From positions 9,734,001 through 9,798,000 of the forward strand of contig NW_024704765.1 in the NCBI RefSeq assembly GCF_018977255.1: a DNA stretch of 64,000 nucleotides, given 5' to 3'. Shown one piece after another: positions 1 to 13,029 of this stretch. The notes under the pieces were generated by a model. That model was not told where the DNA came from and made no database searches. It saw only the letters and a program-made list of their open reading frames with translations. A program made the translations under genes and the position numbers. This stretch comes from Callorhinchus milii. Lineage: Eukaryota. Every line of letters starts with the position of its first letter. The stretch's first letter is position 1.

Positions 1-3000
1 CGGGGTAACTGGGTTGCAATCCAACACTGCGCCATGTTTGACACTCGGGGCTGGACTGCCATCTGGTGTCGGGGGCGGCAAAGGCATTTGCTGCGTGTCG
101 ATGGGAAATGGGTCAACAGGTGGGTGCTCACGACAGCCATTTTGAGAGTCGTCTGATCCTCTGCAAAGTGTTGAATATATTAATCATTTATTTAAAATCA
201 CAAACCACGTGTTCCAGACCACACCCAATTCGAGGGTATTTCATGAAAGTTAAACGTACATTTTTATTAACAGTAGGTGGAGTATATTATAGAACACAGC
301 AGTGATTTATTTTCATAGCAAAGCTTCATATGATAAACCTGATCTGCCCAACACATCCTCTTTCCCCGCTCCCCCCCCCACCCCCCCCCCCCCATATTAT
401 AATTGGTGATTGAATTTGTGGCTGTTTTGCTGAGTGCAAATTATGTCCCTTGTTCGCCTACAAAACACAGTCACTACACTTCAGAGTAAAGTCCTGTGAA
501 GCACTTTGAGACGTCTGACAACATGAAAAGGCACTGTACTAAATGTGAGGATTGTTATTCTGTACACGGAGGGTTTCCCTACAGAAGTTGGCGTGGGGTT
601 TTCAGGGAAAGGTAGTTGAGGCCGGGGACTACGGACCCATTTAAGAAACTAGATGGTGTAACGCAAAGGGTTATTCTGGAAGGATGAGATCCAATGGGTC
701 TTTCGTCAACGCACACTTGAGTTTCCCCCCAAAGCTGGGTAGGTAGGGTGTGATGGTGAATTTCTTATGCGTTGAAAAACGCAAACTCTTCCAATAATCC
801 TCAGATATATATATATATATCTTAGCTCAATTACATACTGATTTTTCAATGTGAGGCGGGTTTGATTTTGCTGATAACCCAATAGTCCAGTTTGTCTGCC
901 GTTGACACCATCAAGGTTTCGCCCACAAAATATACAGTCAATTCATTTTGCAGTATATTCTGGGAAATGCTTTGGGAAACTACCCTGTATGAGAGGCGCT
1001 ATATAAATGCAAGTTGTTATTGTTATCTCAACGACGTGATATGACGCAGTATCAAATGCAAGGATTATTATCAAATTCTTCAGTTTTTACAGCAAAAAAG
1101 TGGCTTTTAAGGGGACTTTGGTCTTGAAGGTATTTCCTGGCACTTAGAAAGGGGCTTTGTGTTTGAGTTGCACACTTGGTGTCCAGCATTGTTAGCTGGC
1201 AATATTGCTTCCGACCCTGTTCTTCTATAGGATAATAGATGTTGGAGTTCCTGCCATTTTCTTGTACTGGAAACGGGATGTTCTCTTCTATACTCCTTTT
1301 GGTGTGAACTAGACAGGAACAAAACAAATTACATTAAAATCTATTCCGTCGGCTACTGTTGCACAGAATAATAATAATCCTTGCATCTGATGAAGATCCT
1401 TATCATGTTGAGACATCTCAAAGCGCTTCACACAATGTACTGGAAAGTGTAGTGTCTGTGTGTTTTGGTGGGTGAAAGGCTTTGGAGGACACTGGGTAAG
1501 GTTAGTGGTAGAAGGAGCATTGCTTAAATAAGTTAAGGGTTACTCCATAGACACCAACAGTGGCAGCTCTGCAGGTAAGTGATTCATTCATCTCAGGGCT
1601 TAGATATGAGGTGAGCGGATTTTAATTGTAAACTTTGGGCCCTTTTTTGTGGTTTATTTGTTGTCGAGCCCTGGGAGGAGGAAGCCTGAATGTGCCTTTT
1701 TTAGCTGAGGCAGTTAAGGTTGGCTTAGGCCAGGACGTTGGGACTCATTTCAAAAGCGGCTCGATGCAGCGATGGGGAGATGATCGGGTGGGTGTGCGGG
1801 AAGGACGAGATCAGAAGGGCCGATGGCCTTCTTCATCCAAACCCATTCTTGTGAGCTGCCTCGTTGGGTCCTCTTTATTTTAAGTCAATCTCGTTCTGTA
1901 AAGCGCTTCCTGGAGAATCTTTCCGTTGTGTGAAAAGGCCGGTGCAAAATGTCATTTGCCGTGGTGGCACAAGAGGGTGGAATCCCGTACCTTAGCGGTT
2001 GGAGGGCTCGCCTCACGAGCGAGAGGGCCCCGGTTTGATCCCCGGGTGGGGGCCAAACCTTAGGCAAGATTCCTTGCTCCTCTGTTCACTCAGCAGTCAG
2101 TAGGAACCTGGTTTTTGAGGTGGAATGGCGGATCGCTTTCCGGAGGTAATCATTTTTAAAATAAATGAATCCACGGACACCGCTGTGCGCAATTGGCTGC
2201 CGCTTTTCTCCCACAAAATAACCAGTCACCAACATGTTCTGTGAAGCGCTTTGAGGTGCCTCAACGACCTGATAAAGCGCTGCATCAAATACAAGGATTA
2301 TTATGATGATGATGATGGGCTGGAAGGTGGAAAGAAGCGTTCCACTCACCAGAGTCTGCGACTGTTTCAATATCTATAATTTCGGTTTTAAACTGCGGGA
2401 TTTCACTCTCGTTGGTAGTTGGTAGCGGAGGTTTCAAATCACTGAAGCCTTCATCCTCACAAGGGAGCCCTTCTCCTGTTGCCATTCCTTCCCTTTGCTC
2501 GACTCCGGGGTTGTTGTTGGTATTCAGGTCACTCTTGGTGCCACATATGCAAATAAACTTTTTTTAATTCCCCAAAAAAGCAAAAAAAAAAGAAAACAAA
2601 AGAGGTTTGCAAAGTGCTTTTTTTTCTACATTCGATACAATTTTAGAAAATAGTAACTTGTCTTTATTTTGAATTAAAAAATAAGTTTATTTTCAAACTA
2701 AAAACGGAAAGCATTTCTTGATCCAGAGAATAATTAACAATTGCAGGTTGAGTCAGGATATTGGGACTTATTTACTAAATTTGGTGCTGTAGTGGGAAGA
2801 GGGTAGGCTGGGGATTCTGGAAGGATGAAATCAATTGGGCCGAAGGAACCAAACCAATCTGTGTGTAGAAGCACCTAAATAAAGTACTTACTTTCAGTTT
2901 TACCAGCACTCCCAGGCCTGTAAAACAGATAAAGAATAATATATATATAACTTTGCTATTTGATGTAGAGTCTTATCACATTGTCAAACATCTCAAAGTG

Positions 3001-6000
3001 CCTCACTGTAAAGTGTCGTCATTACTCTGACTGAACAGGCAGATGGAACCTTGGATTAAAGCCTCATCTGAAAGTACGAGTAACTCACATGTCTCAGCGT
3101 GGGGCTCGAACCCAAACCCTCTGACTTGGAGGCGAGAGTGCTGAGCCAAGCTATAATAATATTAATAATAGTCCTTGCGTTCGATACAGTGCCTTATCGC
3201 CTCCTCGAGACGTCTCAAAGCGCTTCATAGAATACACTGTCAAGCCAATTGACTGTATGCTTTGCGGGGGAAAGCTGACAGCTTGGATCACAGGTATGGA
3301 CTGAACAACGGCAACACCCTAAAGACAGGAGGTGACCACGCCTGAGGTGTACGCACCGCCTTGCACGTATATATTTGCCGTGAGTACAACAAACAAATGT
3401 GTGATCATTGGCAAGATTTCTGATTGCTGTTTCCCTTCTGTTGGAGCCACCTACAGTCCACTCTCAAGCACAAGTAACTGTGCCACCCTCCCTTCTATAT
3501 TTAGCAGTGATTTAAGTAATATCAGAAAATCCTGTCAAAGGACATAACAGGCGCGAAGCTCTTTTCCTTACCTTGCTTCTTGCGCACAATTTGACACGAT
3601 TTTGTTTTCATAAGTATCACTATGCATAACATAAACAAAAACACCAAGGGCCACATGATGTAGAAACTTGAAAAAGATTCTGAAATAAAGGGAAATGATT
3701 GCATGTTTTTTTAAAAAAAATATATATATATATACATTCACAAAGATTTACAAAGAATGTATAGCACAGAAACAGGCCATTCAGCCCGACCAGTCCTTGC
3801 TGGTGTTGATGCTCCACACAAGTTTCCACCCATTCCTTACTCCCTCTCACACCCTTCTATTCCCCTCTCCCTCATGTGAGGGAATAGGTTTCACGTATTG
3901 CATTTTACAGCCTCTCGGATGGAAAGAGGAGAAGGTTTGTCCGAATCTGAAGTCTCAGATTGAGAGCATTTGAAACCTACTGCTTGGTGGAAGATATTGA
4001 TTTGTGGAAGGTGTTGGTGTTGAAGACGATGATGGAGAGATACAGTGGTTGTCTGCTGAGCTGTTGCCAATGATGTGAAGGATCTTCCCCAAATTTGTGC
4101 AGCTGTACAAAACATTTTATCAGTTACTCAATTGTCATGGGAACACAAAGTCAAGTCAATCTTCTCTTCGGGCTGAGCGTTAAGATCTTAATTTGTAAGT
4201 AAAACAATCTAATTCTTCGCGAGAGATCGGATCGTTATCTTGTCCGAGTTAGTGATTATTATCTGGCTCTGACAGTGATGGCAATTTATATTTATACAGC
4301 GTATGTATGTTTACATCCCTCACCCCTCACACTAGGAGGATGTTCCAAAGATCCTTCACACAAACGGACTGGGCACCCGAGCTGGGAACTCAATCGCGTT
4401 AGGGCGGGGAGGAAGTGCTGGTTTCTGATTGCATACTGAAGGGAAACCTGTAATTCCCTTTGTACAAATTAACTTACAAAGCTTGCAAACACCAAGGTGC
4501 GTCACATAACCCCACTCCTCGACCGAGCCTTTGGCCACCCTCCCTACCCTCCCTGATCCTGTCCCGCCCCCTCCGGTTCAGGTCCAAAAAGTCTAAATCC
4601 CTCACTGTTCAGCGCCTTGGGACGTCCTTCCAACGCGAAAGGCGTTGTACAAATTTTGTACTGTAAACTTAATCCCACATTTTGAAAACACAACAACTTC
4701 AAAGGGTGGCCAACAAATAGTGCGCAGTCCATCACAGACAGTCTGGTTTGACAAAGCAATTGTAAGTGCAATATTGCCAAACAGAGCACTCCGGGGAGTT
4801 TCTGATTCCTGTGCCTAATACTTTCTGGAATTAGGTAAGGAGAGAGAGAGAGAGAGAGCGCATTCCAGTCCAACAATCTGGGATTTCCAGGTGTAGGTGG
4901 GACACATGGAATTCTCAGCTTGGTTTGGAGACTTAAACACAGCAGTGGGTTTCCGCACGTGTCAGACACTCAGCCAATTGGAGTTTTGTTGTCACATCAA
5001 CTGCTGTACTTACTTGGTGTGAGGCTGGCACCTTTGCATTATTCCTGTGATGTTCTGAAAGGTTCCTGAAGGACATAACTGGCATGCTTCGTTGTAATGA
5101 ATTCTTTGGTGTTCTAAAAACAAAGTGATTTTAAAAAAAACCCCGCGTGTGATACATAACATTTGATGTCAAACAAGTCGAAGTGCTCGACAGACAACTG
5201 TGCTGTAAGGGAAGTGACCATATATTTGTTGGCAAATGTGGCAACCAATTTGCATTTATCTCATATAAAGCCATGAAGTGAATAACTTATTTATTGGGAG
5301 GATGTTTGGCCAGGAGGCTGGGAGAAACTCCTGTCTCTTTTTGACTGGTGTCATGGGATCTTTTAACGTTGCACCAGATTGACGGGCCCTAAAACAATAC
5401 AGTGCAATTTACGTTTATAATTTACAAAGCGCCTTTCGTGTTAGGACGTCTCAAAGCATTTCTACACAGCACCAGAGCCACGGTGGGAGCTGGGTTGGGG
5501 TTGGTGGGGAATGAAAGATGGTGAAAAGAGTGAGGTCAAACAATATTGCCCACAAAATACAGTCACTACATTTTACGGTATATCCTGTGAAGAGCTTTGA
5601 GACGCCTCAATGACGGGATAAGGTGCTATATCGAATGCAAGTATTATTAATTATTATTAAAGAGATAAAATCTCATCTGAAGATGGACACTGTGATAATA
5701 TGCCCCCCCCTCCCCCCCATCAGTGTGGACTATGAGCCTGATTTGGGCTTAAAACCCACAGTCTTCTGCGTTAGAGGTGAGCGGGCCTCTGGCAGTAGGG
5801 AATATGTAGGGCTTATATTGCCCCAGAGAAAGGAAGGAGGAAGGCGAAGGGATAGAGGAAGAGTGTTCCAGAGTTTCGGGGCTGAATGCAGCATTAAATA
5901 GAAAAGTTTCTGCAGAGCAGAATTGGCAGTAAGGTTTCAGTAAAGTTGTCTGTACCTGAAAAGTGCTTTTTCTTGTCCTGACACTTCTGACACCTTTCAC

Positions 6001-9000
6001 ACTTGGTTTTATCCTCAGTCAAACAGTAATATTGGGGAGGACATTCACATTTCCTGTTTGTTTTAGGCGTACATTCAACGGTTTCTACAATGTTACCTGC
6101 GTCAAAACAATTAAGGAAGAGGCGAGTTAGGCAACACAGAGAGAGAAAGGTAGGTCTTGAGATGAACCTTGAACAAGGTGAGCGAGGTTAGCAAGTCAGA
6201 GGGACAGACGGTGGAGTTCTAGGGAGTTGAGGCTGAAAAGAACATTTTGTATTCAAATTTAAGATTGTGATCAGAATTTAAGAGGCTGACAGGACCTCGG
6301 TTTAATGTCACATCCAAAGGACGGCACCTCCAACAATGTTGTGCGCTGTATTGGAGTATCAGACAAAGGCTATGAGTTTTTAAGTCCCGACGTGGGGTTT
6401 GAACCCACAGCCTTCTGACTCAGAGGCGAGAGCCTTACTGAACTGAACCCGGCTGACTCACCTATGTTTAAGTGGACAGATTTATCTTGGGGTTAATTTG
6501 CGTTTACCTTCACAGGGCCCGTAGCACTTGCGACATTCTGAGAGGGAATTGTTCATTTCGGTGTATGTCTCCGGATCACAACGTTCACACTTCCCCTGGT
6601 TTCCTCCCGAACACGGCTGTGCCCTGTATTCACCTTCCATTAGAGAAAGAGAACCGGTGTTGATATTAACAGCCTGTGTGGCAAACCCTCACACTCAAAA
6701 ACAGGCTTTGGAGAAATGTCCCATTTCATCCAGTAAGATCATTCGTTTGATTGTACGTTCAAAGACTTGTTTGTGGCACTGCCCATCTTTAAACGTTTTT
6801 TAAAACGAGAAAAAATAAAGGAAAGATTTGGGATGAATTTACCGTTTTGGGACAAATAGCAGATTCTTTCATTACAGACTCGAGAGACCTGAAGAGTTTC
6901 AGGTAAACCATATACAGTATATTGAGACAGAATATACTGTATAACAGATTGGCTGTATATTTGTGGTCGAAACGAGGAAGCCAAATGCACACAGCAAAGT
7001 CCCACAAACAATCGTGACCCAATTTTTTTTTGAGGATTATTATCGCCAGAGAGCGATCTGCCAATCAACTAACAACTGGGTTCCCACTTTCTGCTCGGTA
7101 AACAAGCGTGTGGAGTACGGAAACTTGCCTAAGGTTTTGCCCCACACGGCCGACAAGTATAATGTTTAATTTGTGAATTACCTGGAAGACACATCACACA
7201 CTGTATCTGCGAAGAAACCTGAAAAACGATAATACAAAATAAACCCCATGAGTTATAACTTCAGTTGAATGAAAATTAGGAGCAAACAGGAAACATTGAA
7301 AAAAAGAGGGATAGGGTTTCCCCCACTGTGGGGTGAATAGAGTCGCAGTTTAACAACATCAACAACAAAATTATATTTGTAGAGCGCCTTTCATGTCAGG
7401 ACGTTTCAAGGTGCTGGACACTCAGAGTTATGGACCCGAGCTGAGGGTTGGGGTGAGAGAGGGGGGAAGCAGAGAGAGCAAAAGCACAGTCGAAGGGGAG
7501 GGTCTTGAGGTGGGTCTTGAAGGTGGCGAGGGAGGGGGCGAGATGGAGGGACAGGCGGGATGGAGTTCCAGAGGGTGGGGGCAGAATGGGAGAAGGCCCG
7601 CTCGCCGATAGTGGGGCGAGCGAGGTGGGAATGTGAAGCAGGCCAGAGCCCGCTGAGCGGAGGGAGCAAACAGGTTGGTAGGGAATTAGGAAGTCGGAGA
7701 GGTGGGGGGGGAGCAAGACCGTGGAGGGCTTTGAAGGTGAGGTCCAGGATCTTGAACTGTATCCTCTATCCCTTAAGGGCCAAGAGCTTGCTGTTCTGAA
7801 CACTGTCTGTGCTCAATTTGCTGGACTTAAAACAACAACTTGCATTTATATAGCACCCCCCACGTAGGGTAGTGTCCCAGAGCGCTTGAATTGTATTCCA
7901 GGGTTCCTAGGTCCCTCTACTGTTTGCACAGCTTAGAGCAGTGCGTTCCTCATTCTTACCACCCTCTGCGTGAAGAAGCTCTTCCTAAACCATTAGATCT
8001 ATTACCGGTACCCATTATCTTCTAACAGTGCACCCTGTTTGGGCCATTCCATCATTGGGAGGAGGAGAGAGCATCACAATCAAGCCTAATCTTGGCCTCA
8101 CCCCAATGTCTGCACACATGGGACTTTCCAGAGAGTGGTCTCTAGATCATGAATGATACCAGTTGGTTTTCCCCTTCTCTAACAAAGGGATAGTAGCCCC
8201 ACCTGTCGCCTTTGGTAAGAACAGGAAACCTGTGACAAATGGATCTGTTGTTTAATGCATTTTCACTTGGGTCTACTATTTTCACTGACTTAAGAGGATA
8301 GTAAAGCTTCTATCGTTCATAGAGCATTAGTTGCAGTCACTGCTACTACTACTGATAATAATCCTCGCATTTGATATATCGCATTTGATATATATCACAT
8401 CTTTGAGACATCTCAAAGTGCTTCACAGAATATATTATAAAGTGAATTGACTGTGTTAGGTTGTGGGCGAACCATCTTACAGCTCCAACTAAATCAATAT
8501 CAGATTTTGCACATTTGGTATAAGCAAGTTAGCAGTCACAGAAGCAAAAGGAGCGGATAACAAAATTACGTTTTATGTCTGTCTGGTCGTGTGTTTTCTT
8601 CCCTCCTAAACTTACTGCACAACAATTTGCAACTGACAACTTTGCATCTGTTATCTTCAGCCAGGAAGTGCACAAGTTTAGATTTTAAAATCTGATATTC
8701 AAACTGATATTTGCAATTTCTTTGAATGAACCATAGACTATATTCACTTAGAATACTCAGAATTTCAAAATGACTTTGATTATTAGCTTTCAATATTACT
8801 GTACTTTCTTTTATATAGTGTTCCAGTGACTTGTTCAGATCAAAAAAGTTTCTGTATTTTTCATTCCATAACGTCAAAAAATGTAACTGTCTTAAAAATT
8901 GATGGATGGCGCTATTTTTAATCATTTAGAAAGTAACCTTCAAGGAGAAAAACTCCTGCTTTAGAGGCGAAGGCGTGCTCTAATTCTGCTCAGTCTCAGT

Positions 9001-11690
9001 TAGTTCCGACTTGAAATTTTCGTTGAACTTTTCAGGAACGCACGATTGAGTGATAAAGAAATTATGCGATGTTCATTGAAAACCTGTTCTACATTTATTA
9101 GTAACCACACTTTTCGCCTGCTCGAGGACACACACGTTCACCTACAAAAGGCTCCGTCACTTCATTTTGCAGAACACTCTATGAAGGGCGTGGAATCGTT
9201 TTTCAAGCGCTGTATCGAATGCGAGGATTATGATGATTTTTAGCGTCTGGCCGTTACATTGGCTAATAGAAAGATGAACAATTAACAACTTATCGTTTAC
9301 AACGCTGGTATAACAGTGGAAAACTGCACTTGAAACAATGGGTACAATTCACTTTTATTTGAGGACCTCGCCCTCCATTTTATCATCCCTTTATCAACCT
9401 TATTGCTGCTGCTGCTTTGAAATGGAGAGATGCTACGATTGGGTAACTCTATCCAACTCTATCCAGCACTTGGATAGAGCTCCAAGGTGTAGGTCTCAAG
9501 CGTGTTTCACACTTGATTTTTTTTGCCCCGCTGTGGGTCTGACACATGCAGAAACCCATCGCAGTACTTAAGAGTCTCCGAACTAAGCTGAGAATTCCAG
9601 GCATCCCACCTACACATGGAAATCCCAGAGATAGATTGTTGGAATGCAATGCTCTCTCCCTCTCTCTCTCTCTGTCTCCCCTGGAGGGACTCATCCTGCT
9701 TACCTGATCCTGGAAAGTATCAGGCGCAGGTTGGCAACAGCCAAGGCTTGGAGGGACCTCCAGTGTGTGAGTTGGGGTAACTGCTGGAGTCTAACCAGCT
9801 AAACACCACGTAGCTTGTCATTGATAACACTTATCGTACACTTGAGGGCAAGGTGGTTTCTTTGCCTACAAGTCAACTCAGTAGACTGCCTCTCTCTCTC
9901 TCTCTCTCTCTCATTTTCTTTCTCTCTGTCTCCCAATGAACTAGAAAATGATCACATTTTACATGGGTCCTACTGTTCGGTGAAAAGGACAGAAATGCTT
10001 CGCGCAGTGAAGAGGTTAAGCACATGCTAACATCCTGCATCCACGTAGCATGCACGTAGGATTTTATGACGTTAGTTATACTTTGCACAAATCTTGATCT
10101 CAACCCACATATGATTATTGAGTAACAATGTAAATTCCTACGATGAGGAGTGACTTTGTATAGATTTATGGTAGGGATGCTATTCATCTGAGTTGAATGG
10201 TCTCTCTAATATTTCTAACCATCTGCCTGTTCAGGTAGAAGGTAAAGATCCCTATTGAAAAACAAAGTGAAGTGATTTCTCCCAGTTGTCCTGGCCAGCA
10301 ATTACCCCACAAATAAAATTAATTATTCAATGTGTGGCTGTTTGTGGGGACATTGCTATCGGCAATTTAGCTTCTCACGATCGCTTATAAGCTACACTTT
10401 ACATAAAAATCCTGTGAGGTGCTTTGAAATGTCTCGACGACGTGATAAGGCGTTGTATCAAATGCAAGGACCGTTACCAGAAATATAGAGTTAAACAAAA
10501 GGCGGTGTCGCTTAACTCATTCCTTCCTGGGTGAAAATCCTTCTAGTGTTTTATTTTAGATACTTGGGTATAATAATCTTTTCATTTGATACAGCGCCTT
10601 TCAATTTTACGAGGACATCCGTCTCAAAGTACTTGACATGTTTCACTGTAAATTGTAGACCCTGTAGGTAAACGCGGCAACACAGTAATATCCCATCAAC
10701 AGCATAACGTGAATGACCAATTTTATTTGGGACATTGTTAGCCAGAACACTGGGAGAAACTCCCTTCTCTTTTTGGGATCTTTTACGTTCACCTGAACTG
10801 GCAGACACGATCTTGGATTAACATCTCATCCAAAGGACAACACCTCCCACAACAAATCGCTCCTCCAGCACTATATTACAGTATCAGCCCAGGTAGACTG
10901 TGTCCAAAAGTACCGACATAGGGCTTGAACCCACAACATTCGGATTCGGAGGCAAGTGCGCTCTCAATCGAGCCAGAGTTTTGCCCACAAAATATAGTCA
11001 ATTCACTTCACAGTATATTCTGTGAAGCGCTTTGAGACGTCTCGAAGATGTGATAAGGTGCTATTTTAAATCCAAGGATTATTATTATTGACTCCTACAT
11101 TAGTCTGATCCCATATTCGCATTAAAGATAAGCCATTGTCCCAAGCTAGTAGGTCAAATAGAGTAAATTCCACCAAATATTATATGCTCCATACCATTAG
11201 TAGAACGATCTTTGAACAGTAACGCATGTCAGATGGAATTTTTTTCACTGGTACATTTCAACATTGAACCCGTCTCAAGAACTTCCTCTTTGACCACACC
11301 TTCGGTTATCTTCCCAACTTGCCCGCCCCCCCTACCCGCCCCACTTTGCCTTCCATCCCTCTTTGATTCCAACTCCCAGCTCAGGTGCAAAACCATTTAC
11401 TGTCCAGCACCTTGGAACCTCCTCCCGACGTAAAAGCCCTATATAAATGCAATTTGTTCTTTCTGTTGACATCGAGATTGATCTAAAAATTAACACTAAT
11501 GATTCAGAGTATTTCAGAAAAAGGCAAGAAAAATTGCAACCAAGAAAATATTACTTACTTCTCTTTTAAAATATCGGTGTTTGGATCGCTGTAGTCCAGA
11601 CATTACTCCAAAATGGTCTAATATCATTAAGATCGAGAAAGCTGTTAACATTGGTTTTCTCTCCAAAGACAACGCGCTTGACAAGATCAT
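1..11690 (-). CDS. TNF receptor superfamily member (type I membrane protein with cysteine-rich domains, TM helix and a long tail with TRAF-binding-like motifs); 3' end runs off the window
   Basis: Phase-consistent GT-AG exons on the - strand: 7218-7182 (VSSQIQCVMCLPG), 6633-6508 (EYRAQPCSGGNQGKCERCDPETYTEMNNSLSECRKCYGPCE), 6096-5956 (NIVETVECTPKTNRKCECPPQYYCLTEDKTKCERCQKC..), 5113-5014 (..EACQLCPSGTFQNITGIMQRCQPHT), 4102-3981 (NCTNLGKILHIIGNSSADNHC plus S/T/P stalk), 3679-3572 (TM: FYIMWPLVFLFMLCIVILM-KTK), 2917-2892, 2533-2350, 1308-about 1176 (IPFPVQE..YYPIEEQG), 160-<1. The Cys spacing (CxxCxPG, CTxxxNRxCxC, CPxGTF, CxPHTxC, GNxSxDxxC) is typical of TNFR CRDs. The first coding exon is ambiguous (11690-11559 or 8647-8616), and the donor at 1176 is tentative. 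Confidence 0.88.
1975..2316 (+). mobile_element. tRNA-derived SINE, GC-enriched diverged copy
   Basis: Head, CAGCAGTCAGTAGGAACCTGG, GCGCAATTGGCTGCC core and CAAGGATTATTAT tail. Confidence 0.75.
7350..7775 (-). mobile_element. L2-like LINE 3' fragment
   Basis: Translations PPHLSDFLIPYQPVCSLRSAGSGLL, IGERAFSHSAPTLWNS and SLATFKTHLKT are typical of the L2 ORF2 C-terminus; (TTG)n tail near 7350-7370. Confidence 0.8.
9536..9830 (+). repeat. Unclassified dispersed repeat containing an internal (CT)n
   Basis: CTGACACATGCAGAAACCCATC..CTTAAGAGTCTCC..GCTGAGAATTCCA..GGAAATCCCAG..GCTTACCT..GGAAAGTA recurs at about 4780-4975 (-), 37430-37690 (+), 56360-56610 (-), and partially at 34420-34520 and 57540-57610. 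Confidence 0.8.
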
Positions 11691-12486
11691 TGTGATTTAA
11701 GCGCTGTTAGACAAAGGTATCCGGTTCTGGGAGCTGCAAACGCGCACTCTGCTGATAAAGGTAAGATTGTTTGTGACCTTCTGCAAACAAAAAGGAAGTC
11801 AAACACCACACACTTATGTATGGTTTACACCCACCATCCCTTGCAACTCTCTAAGGTTGTAGCACTTTGGTGTGTCATATTTTGACGTCTGATATATTGA
11901 AGTATGAAGGACAACATTGCTAGTTTAGGCGTTAGTCTGACTCAGTTGGCACTCTTGCGTCTTGAGTCAGAAGGTGTGAGTTTAAGCCCATTCTGACACA
12001 GTTGGGCTTACACAGTCTAGGCTAACATTCCCAACCAGCTCTTGGAGGAGCCTGCATTATCAAAGGTGCTGTGCTTCGAATGAGATAAAACCATCCTGGC
12101 TCTTCAAGTGGGCGTTAAGGATCTGCACCAGAGTTGGTTTACAAAATATGGTCAACCCTAATAATAATAATAATCCTCGCATTTGATGCAGCGCCTTATC
12201 ACGTCTTCGAGACATCTCAAAGCGCTTCACAGGATACACTGTAAAGTGTAGTGACTGTGTATTTTGTGGGCGAAACCCTTTGTGTGGTCAATATGATCAA
12301 CCCCAGCCTAGGATTGGGCACTCGTGTGGAATGGACCAGACAGGACTCAATGGGCAGAACGACCTGTTTTTGAGCTGTGCCATCTACGAATCAATGAGGA
12401 TTATTATTATCACTGTCCAGCGCCTCCCCGATGTGAAAGGCGCCATACAAGTTGTTGTTGTTGTTGACGATGATGATTATTGTTGT

Positions 12487-12935
12487 CAAAACGCGAAATA
12501 CTGCAGATGCTGGAAATCTGAAAACAAAACCAGACGTCGCTGGGAAGACTCAGCAGGTCAGGCAGCATCTATGGAGAGAGCGAAGCATGTCTCAAATGTT
12601 TTGTGCAACGTTTGATAAATCTTAGTGCATAAAATACTTTGTAGTCAGAATTTACCGCAGAAAGGTTCCAAGAATCTGAAAACCATTTTTTGACATGAAA
12701 ATCCGAATTTAATTTTGTTGCCACACTCCCCGCGCCATTGAGACGTCTCGAAGACGTGATCAGGCGCCGTATCAAATGCAATGATTATTATTATTATTGT
12801 TGTTATTATTATTATTGTTATTATCATAAAGTGAGTCAACGTTTCGGGTTGTGGACGAAGGGTCGTGGACCCGAAACACTGACTCACTTTCCCTCTCTCC
12901 ATAGATGCTGCCTGACCTGCTGAGTCTCCCCAGGA
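12487..12935. repeat. Inverted-repeat element resembling shark Penelope-like non-autonomous repeats, interrupted by a SINE tail
   Basis: CTCAGCAGGTCAGGCAGCATCTATGGAGAGAG (about 12549-12580) and its exact reverse complement (about 12893-12924); internal hairpin GTGAGTCAACGTTTCGGGT..ACCCGAAACACTGACTCAC (12831-12887). Confidence 0.7.
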
Positions 12936-13029
12936 TTATTGTTGTTGTTGTTATGGTGCACACAGGCACAGGGAGTGGTTGGTACTGAGGAGAGAGAGAG
13001 AGAGAGAGAGAGGTGGTGGGGGTTGGATT

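Noticed and set aside
3455-3531. Apparent extra TNFRSF exon (DFLILLKSLLNIEGRVAQ..)
   Set aside because: It would need an intron of about 40 nt after the TM exon and is out of phase (stop codon in the required frame).
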